Of a stretch of 64,000 nt of DNA, positions 1-19,190 are shown piece after piece. The stretch's first letter is position 1. Each line of letters begins with the position of its first letter. Position numbers and translations under genes: made by a program. A model generated the notes under the pieces. The model saw nothing but the letters and a program-made list of their open reading frames with translations, did no database searches and was not told where the DNA came from. The stretch comes from the human T2T-CHM13v2.0 reference genome, Homo sapiens, in assembly GCF_009914755.1 (NCBI RefSeq), contig NC_060929.1. One strand, 5' to 3'.

Positions 1-3000
1 AAGCCCTTTTACTTTTGCAGCTGGGAGGCGAGTAGCCTGGGGCAAGTTTTCAAGCATGTCTTGCCCTCCGCCTGGACACAGACTCAGGGCTGTTGTGGGG
101 GGCATGGTGGGAGTGAGACCAGCCCTTCAGTATGTGTGGGAGCTGGGCGAGGCCTGTGACTGCCGGCTTTCCCCCACTTCCCTGACAACCTGCATGACTC
201 TGCAGAGGCAGCCATAATCCCTCTAGGTACACAACTCCAGTGACCTGGAAATCTCACTCCCATACCCCACAGCAGCTACAGCAAGACTTGTCCAAGGAGA
301 GTCTGAGCTCAGACATGCCTAACCCTGCCCCCATATGATGATCCTTCCCTAACCACCTTGGTAGCTGAAGGCAAAGGACATATAATCTTGGGCGTTCTAG
401 GGCCCTGCCCACCGCTGGTCCCTCTGGATACTACTACAGCTGATGTTCTCTGGAAAGTGCCACTGCCTGGCAGGAGGCCAACCAGCACAAAAATAAAGCA
501 TTAAACCGCCAAACTAAGAACCCTGACAGAGTCCCCTGCACACCACAGCCACCTCCACTGGAACAGGCGTTGGTATCCACGCTGAGAATCCAACAGAAGC
601 TCACATCACAGGACTCTGTACAGACACCCTAGTACCAGCCCAGAACGGGGTAGACTCGCTGGGTGGTTATACCCAGCAGAGAGACAACAATCACTGCAGT
701 TTGGCTTACAGGAAACCACATCCATAAGAAAAGGGGGAGAGTACTACACCAAGGGAACACACTGTGGGACAAAAGAATCTAAATGACAGCCTTCAAGCCC
801 TAGACCTTCCCTTGGACAGAGCCCACCCAAATGGGAAGGAACCAGAAAACCAACTCTGGTAATATGACAAAACAAGGCTCGTCAACACCCCCCCAAAAAA
901 TCACACTAGTTCACCAGCAATGGATCCAAACCAAGGAGAAGTCCCTGATTTACCTGAAAAAGAATTCAGGAGGTTAGTTATTAAGCTAATCAGGGAGGCA
1001 CCAGAGAAAGGCGAAGTCCAATGCAAGCAAATCCAAAAAATGATATAAGAAGTGAAGGGAGAAATATTCAGAAAATAGACAGCTTAAAGAAAGGACAATC
1101 GAAAATTCAGGAAACTTTGGGACACACTTTGAGAAATGTGAAATGCTCTGGAAAGTCTCAGCGATAGAATTGAACAAGTAGAAGACAGAAATTCAGAGCT
1201 CAAAGACAAGGTCTTCTAATTAACCCAATCCAACAAAGACAAAGAAAAAAGAATAAGAAAATATGAACAAAGCCTCTAAGAAGTCTGGGATTATGTTAAA
1301 TGACCAAGCATGAGAATAATTGGTGTTCCTGAGGAAGAAGAGAATTCTAAAAGCTTGGAAAACATATTTGGGGGAATAATCCAGGAAAACTTACCCAGCC
1401 TTGTGAGAGACCTAGACATCCAAATACAAGATGCACAAAGAACACCTGGGAAATTCATCACAAAAAAGTTCTTCACCTAGGCACATTGTCCTCAGGTTAT
1501 CCAAAGTTAAGATGAAGGAAAGAATCTTAAGAGCTGTAAGACAGAAGCACCAGGTAACCTATAAAGAAAAACCTATCAGATTAACAGCAGATTTCTCAGC
1601 AGAAACCCTACAAGCCAGAAGGGATAGGGGGCACTATCTTCAGTCTCCTCAAACAAAACAATTATCAGCCAAGAATTTTGTATCCAGTGAAACTAAGCAT
1701 CACATATAAAAGATACAGTCTTTTTCAGACAAATGCTGACAGAATTCTCCATTACCAAGCTACCACTACAGGAACTGCTAAAAGGAGCTCTAAATCTTGA
1801 AACAAATCCTGGAAACACATCAAAACAGAACCTCTTTGAAGCTTAAATCACACAGGACCTAAAAAACAAAAATACAAGTTAAAAAGCAAAATCAAAAAAC
1901 AAAAAAACCAACGTACACAAGCAACAAAGAGCAGGAGGAATGCAATGGTACCACACATTTCAATACTAACATTGAAAGTAAATGACCTAAATGCTCCACT
2001 TAAAAAATACAGAACCTCAGAATGGATAAGAACTCACCAACCAACTATCTGCTGCCTTCTGGAGACCCACCTAACACATAAGCACTCATATAAACTTAAG
2101 TAAAGGGGTAGAAAACAGCGTTTCATGCAAATGGACGCCAAAAGCAAGCAGAGGTAGCTATTCTTACATGAGACAAAACAAACTTTAAAGCAACAGCAGT
2201 TAAAAGAGACAAAGAGGGACATTATATAATGGTAAAAGGCCTTGTCCAACAGGAAAATATCACAATCCTAAACATACATGCATCTAACACTGGAGCTCCC
2301 AAATTTATAAAACAATTACTAATAGACCTAAGAAATGAGATAGACAGCAATATAAAAATAGTAGGGAACTTCAATACTCCACTGACAGCACTAGACAGGT
2401 CATCACGACAGAAAGTTACCAAAGAAACCATGGATTTAAACTATACCTTGGAACAAATGGACTTATCAGATATATACGGAACATTTCATCCAACAACTGC
2501 AGAATACACATTCTATTCAACAGTGCATGGAACTTTCTCTAAGATAGACCATATGATAGGCCATAAAACGAGCCTCAATAAATTTAAGAAAGAAATTATA
2601 TCAAGCACTCTCTCAGACCACAGTGGAATAAAACTGAAAATCAACTCCAAAAGGAACCTTCAAAACCATGCAAATACATGGAAATTAAATAACCTGTTCC
2701 CGAATGAACATTGGGTCAAAAACAAAATCAAGATGGAAATTAAAAAATTCTTTGAACTGAACGACAATAATGACACAACTTAACCAAAATCTCTGGAATA
2801 CAGCAAAGGCAGTGCTAGGAGGAAAGTTTATAGCCCTAAACACCTACCTCAAAAACACTGAAAGAGTAAAAACTGACATTCTAAGGTCATACCTCAAGGA
2901 ACTAGAGAAATAAGAACAAATCAAACCCAACCCCAGCAGAAAAAAGGAAATAACCAAGATTAGAGCAGAACTAAATGAAACCAAAACAAAGGAAAACAAT

Positions 3001-5134
3001 ACAAAAAATAAATGAAACAAAAAGCTGATCATTTGAAAAGATAAATAAAATTGACAGACCATTGGCAAGATTAACCAAGAAAAGAAGAGAAAAAATCCAA
3101 ATAACCTCACTAAGAAACAAAACAGGAGACATTACAACTGACACCACTGAAATACAAAAGATCATTCAAGGCTACTATGAACACCTTTATGCACATAAAC
3201 TAGGAAACCTAGAAGAGACAGAAAAATTCCTGGAAAAATACAACCCTCCTAGCTTAAATCAGGAAGAATTAGATACCCTGAACAGACCAATAACAAGCAG
3301 CAGGATTGAAATGGTAATAAAAAATTACCAGTAAAGAAAGTCCAGGACCAGACAGACTTACAGCAGAATTCTAACAGACATTCAAAGAAGAATTTGTACC
3401 AATCCTTTTGACACTATTCCATAAGATAGAGAAAGAAGGAACCCTCCCTAATTCATTCTATGAAGCCAGCATCACCCCAATACCAAAACCAGGAAAAGGA
3501 CATAACCAAAAAAGAAAACTACAGACCAATATTCTTGACGAACACAGATGCTAAAATCTTTAACAAAATACTAGCTAACCAATCCAATAACATATCAAAA
3601 AGAGAATCCACCATGATCACGTGGGTTTCATGCCAGGAATGCAGGGATGGTTTAACATATGCAAGTCAATAAATGTGATACACCACATAAACAGAGTTAA
3701 AAACAAAAATCACATGATCATCTCAATAGATGCAGAAATAGCATTTGACAAAATCCAGCAAAACTTTATGATTAAAACTCTCAGCAAAATTGGCATACAA
3801 GGGACATACCTTAATGTAATAAAAGCCATATATGACACACCCACAGCCAACATAATACTGAATGGAGAAAAGTGGAAAGCATTCCCATAGAGAACTGGAA
3901 CAAGACAAGGATGTCCACTCTCATGACTCCTCTTCAACATACACTGGAAGTTCCAGCCAGAGCAATCAGATAAGAGAAAGAAATAAAGGACATCCAAATC
4001 GGTAAAGAGGAAGTCAAACTGTCACTGTTTGCTAACAATACGAGTGTTTACCTTGAAAACCCTGAAAAGTTCTCCAGAAAGCTCCTAGAACTGATGAAAG
4101 AATTCAGCAAAGTTTCTGGATAAAAGATTAATGTACACAAATCGGTAGCTCTTCTATACACCAACAGCGACCAAGCGGAGAATCAAATCAAGAACTCAAC
4201 CCCTTTTAAAATAGCTGCAAAAAACAAAACAAAACCACTTAGGAATATACCTAACCAAGGAGTCAGAAGACCTCTACAAGAAAAACTTCAAAACACCGCT
4301 GAAAGAAATCATACGTGACAGAAACCAATGAAAACACATCCCATGCTCATGGATGGACAGAATCAATATTGTGAAAGTTGACCACATGGCCAAAAGCAAT
4401 CTACAAATTCAAAGCAATCTCCATCAAAATACCACCATCATTCTTCACAGAATTAGAAAAAACAATTCTAAAATTCATATGGAACCAAAAAAGAACCTGC
4501 ATAGCCAAAGCAAGACTAAGCAAAAAGAACAAATGTGGAGGAATCACCCTACCTGATTTCAAACTATAGTATAAGGTTACAGTCACCAAAACAGTGTGGT
4601 ACTAGTATAAAAATAGGCACATAGATCAATGGAACAGAATAGAGAACACAGAAATAAATTCAAATACTTACAGCCAACTGATCTTTGACAAAGCAAACAA
4701 AAACATAAAATGAGGAAAGGACATCCTTTTCAACAAATGGTGCTGGGATAATTGGCTAGCCACATGTAGGAGAATGAAACTGGATCCTCATCTGTCACCT
4801 TATACAAAAATCAACTTAAGATGGATTAAGGACTTAAACTTAAGACCTGATACTATAAAAATTCTAGAAGATAACATTGGAAAACCCCTTCTAGACACTG
4901 ACTTAGACAAGGATTTCATGACCAAGAACCCAAAAGCGAATGCAATAAAAACAAAGATAGATACTGGGACTTAATTAAACTAAAGAGCTTTTGTACGGCA
5001 AAAGGAACAGTCAGCAGAGTAAACAGACAACCCACAGAGTGGGATAAAATCTTCACAATCTATACATCTGACAAAGGACTAATATCTAGAATCTACAATA
5101 AACACAAACAAATCAGTAAGGAAAAAACAATCCC
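1..5134 (+). mobile_element. Old primate LINE-1 (L1PB1-like), 5' part: partial 5'UTR, decayed ORF1 (from ~831) and ORF2 (from ~1940)
   Basis: Fragmented ORFs encode L1 ORF1p, endonuclease and RT motifs ([41 protein letters not shown]) with many stops and frameshifts; sequence resumes at 11269. Confidence 0.92.
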
Positions 5135-5588
5135 GGGGGGTGGAGCCAAGATGGCCAAATAGGAACAGCTCCAGTCTGCAGCTCCCAGCATGAGCGACGC
5201 AGAAGACGGGTGATTTCTGCATTTCCAACTGAGATACTGGGTTCAGCTCACTGGGGAGTGTCAGAAAGTGGGTGCAGGACAGTGGGTGCAGCACACCGAG
5301 CGTGAGCCAAAGCAGGGTGAGGTATCCCCTCACCCGGGAAGCACAAGGGGTCAGGGAATTCCCTTTCCTAGTCAAAGAAAGGGGTGACAGACGGCACCTG
5401 GAAAATCGGGTCACTCTCACCCTAATACTGTGCTTTTCCAATGGTCTCAGCAAATAGCACACCAGGAGATTATATCCCGCACGTGGCTCAGAGGGTCCTA
5501 CGCCCATGGAGCCTCGCTCATTGCTAGCACAGCAGTCTGAGATCAAACTGCAAGGCAGAAGCGAGGCTGGGGGAAGGGCGCCCACCAT
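5079..5588 (-). CDS. L1 ORF0 homolog (antisense 5'UTR ORF), open for 169 aa and running out of the element; translation unproven
   Basis: N-terminus [35 protein letters not shown] closely resembles ORF0 ([35 protein letters not shown]); ATG in gcaATGg context. Confidence 0.55.
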
Positions 5589-6159
5589 TGCCCAGGCTTG
5601 AGTAGGTAAACAAAGCAGCTGGGAAGCTCGAACTGGGTGGAGCCCACCTCAGCTCAAGGAGGCCTGCCTGCCTCTGTAGACTCCACCTCTGGGGGCAGGG
5701 CATTGCAAAACAAAAGGCAGCAGAATCCTCTGCAGACTTATATGTCCCTGTCTGACAGTTTCGAAGAGAGTAGTGGTTCTCCCAGCATGCAGCTGGAGAT
5801 CTGAGAACAGACAGACTGCCTCCTCAAGTGGGTCCCTGAGCCCCGAGTAGCCTAACTGGGAGGCACCCCCGAGTAGGGGCAGACTGACACCTCACACGGC
5901 CAGGTACTCCTCTGAGACAAAACTTCCAGAGGAACGATCAGGCAGCAACATTTGCTGTTCACCAATATCTGCTGTTCTGCAGCCTCTGCTGCTGATACCC
6001 AGGCAGGGTCTGGAGTAGACCTCCAGCAAATTCCAACAGACCTGCAGATGAGGGTCCTTACTGTTAGAAGGAAAACTAACAAACAGAAAGGACATCCACA
6101 CCAAAACCCCATCTGTACATCACCATCATCAAAGACCAAAGGTAGATAAAACCACAAAG

Positions 6160-7170
6160 ATGGGGAAGAAACAGAGCAGAAAAACTGGAAACTCTAAAAA
6201 TCAGAGTGCCTCTCCTCCTCAAAGGAATGCAGCTCCTCACCAGCAATGGAACAAAGCTAGATGGAGAATGACTTTGATGAGTTGAGAGAAGAAGGCTTCA
6301 GACGATCAAACTACTCTGAGCTAAAGGAGGAAGTTCGAATCCAAGGCAAAGAAGTTAAAAACCTTGAAAAAAAATTAGACGAATGGCTGACTAGAATAAC
6401 CAATGCAGAGAAGTCCTTAAAGGACCTGATGGAGCTGAAAACCAAGGCATGAGAACTACGTGACGAATGCACAAGCCTCAGTAGTCAATTCGATCAACTG
6501 GAAGAAAGGGTATCAGTGATGGAAGATCAAATGAATGAAATGAAGCAAGAAGAGAAGTTTAGAGACAAAAGAGTAAAAAGAAATGAACAAAGCCTCCAAG
6601 AAATATGGGACTATGTGAAAAGACCAAATCTATGTCTGATTGGTGTACCTGAAAGTGATATGGAGAATGGAACGAAGTTGGAAAACACTCTGCGGGATAT
6701 TATCCAAGAGAAATTCCCCAATCTAGCAAGGCAGGCCAACATTCAAATTCAGGAAATACAGAGAACGCCACAAAGATACTCCTGGAGAAGAGCAACTCCA
6801 AGACACATAATTGTCAGATTCACCAAAGTTGAAATGAAGGAAAAAATGTTAAGAGCAGCCAGAGAGAAAGGGTGGGTTACCCACAAAGGGAAGCCCATCA
6901 GACTAACAGCGGATCTCTTGGCAGAAACTCTACAAGCCAGAAGAGAGTGGGGGCCAATATTCAACATTCTTAAAGAAAAGAATTTTCAACCCAGAATTTC
7001 ATATCCAGCCAAACTAAGCTTCATAAGTGAAGGAGAAATAAAATCCTTTACAGACAAGCAAATGCTGAGTGATTTTGTCACCAACTGCCCTAAAAGAGCT
7101 CCTGAAGGAAGCACTAAACATGGAAAGGAACAACCAGTACCAGCCACTGCAAAAACATGCCAAATTGTAA
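6160..7170 (+). pseudogene. L1 ORF1p, disrupted
   Basis: ATGGGGAAGAAACAG start at 6160; early frameshift, TGA at 6450-6452 and a frameshift near 7085. Confidence 0.9.
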
Positions 7171-7233
7171 AGACCATCGAGACTAGGAAGAAACTGCATC
7201 AACTAACGAGCAAAATAACCAGCTAACATCATA

Positions 7234-11049
<3,816 letters not shown>

Positions 11050-11268
11050 ACAATGAGAACACATGGACACAGGAAGGGGAACATCACACACCGGGGCCTG
11101 TTGTGGGTTGGGGGGAGGGGGGAGGGATAGCATTTGGAGATATATCTAATGTTAAATGACGAGTTACTGGGTGCAGCACACCAACATGGCACATGTATAC
11201 ACATGTAACTAACCTGCACGTTGTGCACATGTACCTTAAAACTTAAAGTATAATAAAGAAAAAATCCC

Positions 11269-12421
<1,153 letters not shown>

Positions 12422-12527
12422 CAGAATTGGTCTTTAGAAGCCAACAACAACAAAAAGAAAACACTCTAAATAAAAGGAAGTGGGAAACCAGTCACCTGAC
12501 ATAGATGCAAGACCCCTCAAATATCCA

Positions 12528-12668
12528 CTATATATATATATATATGTATATAAAAGTATACGCTATATATAGTGTATATACATACATATATATACACTAT
12601 ATATAGCGTATACATTTATACACTATATATACATATATACTATGTGTGTGTGTGTGTATATATATGTA
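12528..12668. repeat. (TA)n/(TG)n low-complexity tract containing a perfect 25-bp inverted repeat
   Basis: Direct reading; arms at 12556-12580 and 12589-12613. Confidence 0.9.
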
Positions 12669-12691
12669 TTTAGTGGATGGTGGAGATATAT

Positions 12692-12948
12692 CTGGAATGC
12701 AGTGGTAAGATCACAGCTCACTGCAGCCTTAAACTCCTGGGTTTAGGCAATCCTCCCACCTCAGCCACCCAAGTAGCGAGGACTACAGGCTCACGCCACC
12801 ATGCCTGGCTAATTAAAAACATTTATTTAGTGGAGATGAGGTCTTGCTATGTCATCCAGGCTGGTCTCAAACTCCTGGCCTCAAATGATCCTTGAGCTTT
12901 GGCCTCCCAAAATGCTGAGAGTACAGGTATGAGCCACTATGCTTGGCC
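12692..12948 (-). mobile_element. AluJ-like SINE
   Basis: Diverged reverse-complement Alu (cacagctcactgcagcctt...gagccactatgcttggcc). Confidence 0.88.
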
Positions 12949-13789
12949 CTCCCTACATGTTAATAATGAACAACAAGGCCATCTTGGGCACCAGTGTGAG
13001 ACCATGTCTCTGCTAAAATAAAACTAAAAAAAAAGGAAAAACAAAAACAATATAACTATGCTAAATATACAGTGATATTTTAAGTTAAAATTTTAAATTT
13101 TATATCTGCTTTTAAATTATATATAAACGGGTAAGTAACATTCATAAAATGAAATTATTATGAACAACACATACTTTTTTTGTAATGGGAAGCAAATCTA
13201 GTTATAAAGGAAAAACTACAGTATTAAATAAGCGTGTATGTTTATAGGCAATTTCACTGCTATCACTGTGAAACTTTTAGTCAAAAGATCAAAGCACATT
13301 ATAACAAGAAAAACAACTTTACAATTTAGCAAGCTGGAAAAAACACTTCATTAAATTGAATATACAGCCTGAAGATCCATTACTAATTTGTGGTCAGTAC
13401 ACATGTTGAAATCTTCAAATAATATTAACATTTTAAATTACATATAACAGAAATTATTGATCAGAGAAATTCCGGCGTTTCAAAGGTACTTCATCAACCT
13501 TTGGTTGTTTCTATTTGAATTTCCTGCCATCACCTCAATCAATGAATGTTGAACAATTAATCTTTTTCAACATTTTTTATGGACTCTGAGGGAAAGCATT
13601 AAGTCAGGCTGAAGAAGTGGTAAGTTTTTATAAGTAGGTATAGGAAATGCTGGGGGTGCTGGTCCTAACTCTCTTCTTATTTGATGCAACCTAATGTTGA
13701 TGCCAGCTTCTAAAGGAAGAACCTTTTCACTAGCACAGGCCCAGAAAGCAATTCATTCTTTTTTAAAATTATGGAGAACAAGATGGTCA

Positions 13790-13882
13790 TGATGAGCTCT
13801 TGTTCACTGCTATGTCTCCAGCTTCCAGAACAGTGCCTGGAACACAGTAAATGTCAATAAATACTTTAGTGATAAATGGATA
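13790..13882 (+). mobile_element. L2 3'-end fragment
   Basis: cttgttcactgct...agaacagtgcctggaacacagtaa...tcaataaata matches the L2 terminus. Confidence 0.65.
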
Positions 13883-14294
13883 TGTGCTGGGGAATGTATG
13901 TACAATTTCCTTCTGATTTAGGCCAAATTTGTTAGAACAAAATCCCACAGGGAATGAAAAGTTACACTCAGTAGCAAGTTCTGTCTTAAGGAAAGAAATG
14001 GTCAGAGGAGAGCTGAATAATAAAAGTAACTTAGTATAAGATCAAGTATGATAAAGTAATTTAATATCTTCTTTCTGATAAATTATACAGCAAAGTCTAA
14101 TCAGTTAGTAGGGGAGTAAGGGTAGGAACAAATTGTCTTCAATGAGCATTTTAGTGCATCTTTAGAAATAGATGCTCTTAAACCCGAAGGTATCAGGGCT
14201 AAGATGAGCCTTACAAGGCTTTAGTCTCAATAAAAGGTTAAGGTTGTTTTTACTCAGGCTGTGCAACCACCTGCTGTGCAACCACCTGAGTTGA

Positions 14295-16551
<2,257 letters not shown>

Positions 16552-16567
16552 GAAGTTTAAGCCTGTT

Positions 16568-16930
16568 GCATTAATTATCTACTGCTGTGGAACAAATAAC
16601 CCCAAAATTTGGCAGCTTAAAACAATATACATTTATCATCTCACAGTTTTTGTGGGTCAGAAATCTGAACACAGCTGAGTGATATTAGCTCAGGGTTTCT
16701 CACAAGACTACAATCAAGGTGTTGGCTGGGGTTGCAGTCATCTCAAAGAGCTCAACTGGGGGAGAATCTTCTTCCAAGGTCACTCACATGGCTGTTGGTG
16801 GACCTCAGGTCCTCCCTGGCTTTTGGCCTGATATACCAGTTCCTTGCCATGTGGGCCTCTCCACAGGGCAGCTTACAACCTGGCAGCTGGTTTCCATCAC
16901 AGTGAGCAAGCTAGAGGACAAGAGAGAGCC
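16568..16930 (-). mobile_element. MaLR LTR (MLT1F-like)
   Basis: Typical MLT1 reverse-strand motifs (ttaaaacaa...atctcacagtt...gggtcag, aatcaaggtgttggctgggg). Confidence 0.7.
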
Positions 16931-17640
16931 TGAGGTCTGCCATCATTCACTGCTCTTACCACGTTCCCCATTATCCTTAAGCAGCAGGCTTGACAGAATG
17001 CTGGAATGACCTTTTGAAGACTCAGCTGTGACTGCTAGGTGACAACACCTTGTGTGGCTGGACAATATCCTGCAAATATGGACTTTTCTCTAAATCAGCA
17101 TTTAATATATGTTGCTATTTACCCCAATTCTGGGAATAAAGGCATAGATATGGGACTGCCTTCTTTTCCCTCTAACTTTAGTGATCCACTAGTAGAGGTC
17201 TTGCTTCCCATGCCCATTACTTCAGACTCTGCTGGTCTAAAGGTCTTAGTTCCAAAAAGGAGATATGTTTCCATTAGGTGACATAATAATAATTCCTTTG
17301 AACTGGAAGTTGAGACTGCAATGTTGCCACTTTGGTCTCCTTATGCCACTGAATCAACAGGACATGGATGTACTGGATGGGAGCACTATACTGGATGGGT
17401 GATAAATCCTGATTTCCAAAGGAAAACGTAGTTGCTACTACACAATGGGTAATAAGTAGTATCTCTGCAATGCAGGAAATGCTCCAGAGTACCTGTAAGT
17501 AGTTTCTGTAACTAAAGGCAATAGCATACTATGATCACCTAATTCAGGCAGGACGCTAATGGCCCAAACTCTTCGAGAATGAAAGTGTGGATCATTTCAC
17601 CAGGCAAAGAGTCTTGACCAACTATAGTGCTTGCTGAGAA
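16931..17640 (+). mobile_element. ERVL internal fragment (late pol/dUTPase-like region), decayed
   Basis: Peptide remnant SDPLVEVLLPMPITSDSAGLKVLVPK and following aactggaagttgagactgc resemble HERV-L internal sequence. Confidence 0.65.
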
Positions 17641-18538
17641 CAAAGCACACCTCATTTTATTGTGCTTCAGTTTACTGCACTTCACAGATACTGATTTTTT
17701 TTTAACCAATTCAAGTTTTCTGGCAACACTGCATCAAGCAAGTCTATAGGAGCCATTTTTCCAACAGCATGTGCTCACTTTGTGTCTCCCTGTGCTAATA
17801 AACTTTTCCATGATTACCATATGTTATGGTAATCTGTGATTAGAGATGGGGTCTTGTTCTGTCTTCTAAGTTGGGGTACAGTAGTACAATCATAGCTCAC
17901 TGGCTCACTGTAGCTTTGAACTCTTAGGCCCACGTGATCCTCTTGCCTCAGCCTCCTGAATAGCTGGGACTGTAGGTGTGCACCACCATACTTGGCTAAT
18001 ATTAAAAAATTTTTTTTGGAGAGACAGACAAGGTCTTGCTTTGTAGCCTGGGCTGGTATCAAACTCCTGGCTCTGAACAATCCTCTTACCTTGGCCTCCC
18101 AAAGTACTGGAATTACAGGTATGAGCCACCATACTCGGCCTTGATCAGTCATCTTGAATGTTACTACTGTAATTGTTTTGAGGTGCCACAAACTGTACCC
18201 ATAGAAGACGGTGAACTTAATTGATAAAGGTGTTCTGACTGCACCACCAACTGAGCAGTTCTCCTGTCCCTATCCCTCTCCTGGGGCCTCCCTGTTCCTT
18301 GAAACACAGTAATATTGAAATGAGGCCAATGACTAACTCTCCAACGGCCTTCAAGAATTCAGATGAAAGGAAGAGTTGCATATCTCTCACTTTAAATCAA
18401 AAGCTAAAAATGATTCCGCTTAGGATGACATGCGTGTCAAAAGCCAAGATGGGCTGAAATTTAGGCTTCTTGCACTAAACAGTTAGCCAAGTAGTGAATG
18501 CAAAGGAAAAATTCTTGAGGAAATTAAAAGTGCTACTC
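17641..18538 (+). mobile_element. Tigger1 DNA transposon 5' part, including the start of the transposase, split by an Alu
   Basis: Matches remembered Tigger1 5' end (cctcattttattgtgcttc...; gaaaggaagagttgcatatctctcactttaaatcaaaagcta). Confidence 0.85.
17841..18140 (-). mobile_element. AluJ-like SINE inserted in Tigger1
   Basis: Reverse Alu dimer; Tigger1 sequence is continuous on both sides (ctgtgat / tgatcagt). Confidence 0.88.
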
Positions 18539-19056
18539 ATGGGCAGAATGGTGAAAAATTTGAGTCATCCATTCTTAATTAAGGTTGAACAAGGTCATGT
18601 TCTGCCTTCTTGTTTCAGTTCTTACATTGTAAACAAGTATCCTTTTTATAGACTATTTAGTGCCACATTTTTCTAGTTTTGTGCCTTTTTTTTGGTTTCA
18701 CTGTTTACAATAGCCCCCAAATGTAGTGCTGAAGTGCTGTGAAGTGTTGCTAAGCACAAGAAGGCTGTGATATGCCTTATGGAGAAAATATGTGTTAGCT
18801 TCATTCAGGCCTGAGTTACAGTGCTGCTGGCCATGAGCTCAATGTTAATGAATCAACAATATATATTAAATAAGGTGTCATTAAACAGAAACACACATAA
18901 ACCAAGTTTACATATTGATTGGCTGACAAAAATGTGACCAGAAGCTCACAGGAACCTGGCCTTGTATTTCATCTAGGAGCAATGATTATTTGCTAATTCA
19001 GTGTTTTCAGTGACTTCACATTATATAACTAGCATAAATAATGAAAATCAATTGTA
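18539..19056. mobile_element. Non-autonomous Tigger-family element (MER82-like)
   Basis: Resembles remembered consensus (aagcacaagaaggctgtgatatgccttatggagaaaata; terminal aatgaaaatcaattgta). Confidence 0.65.
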
Positions 19057-19059
19057 TAA

Positions 19060-19190
19060 TATTTAGGAACACACACATATATACATATGTGCATGAGTAT
19101 ATGTGTGTATATGTCTGTCTCTGTGTGTGTGTATAGTAGCATATACATCTTCTAGTGGTTCTGTCTCTGTGGTTGAACCCTGGCTTATAG
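19060..19190 (+). mobile_element. MLT2-like LTR 3' end with a CA/TG-rich tract
   Basis: tggttctgtctctgtggttgaaccctggcttataga resembles the MLT2 terminus, consistent with the upstream ERVL fragment. Confidence 0.5.
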
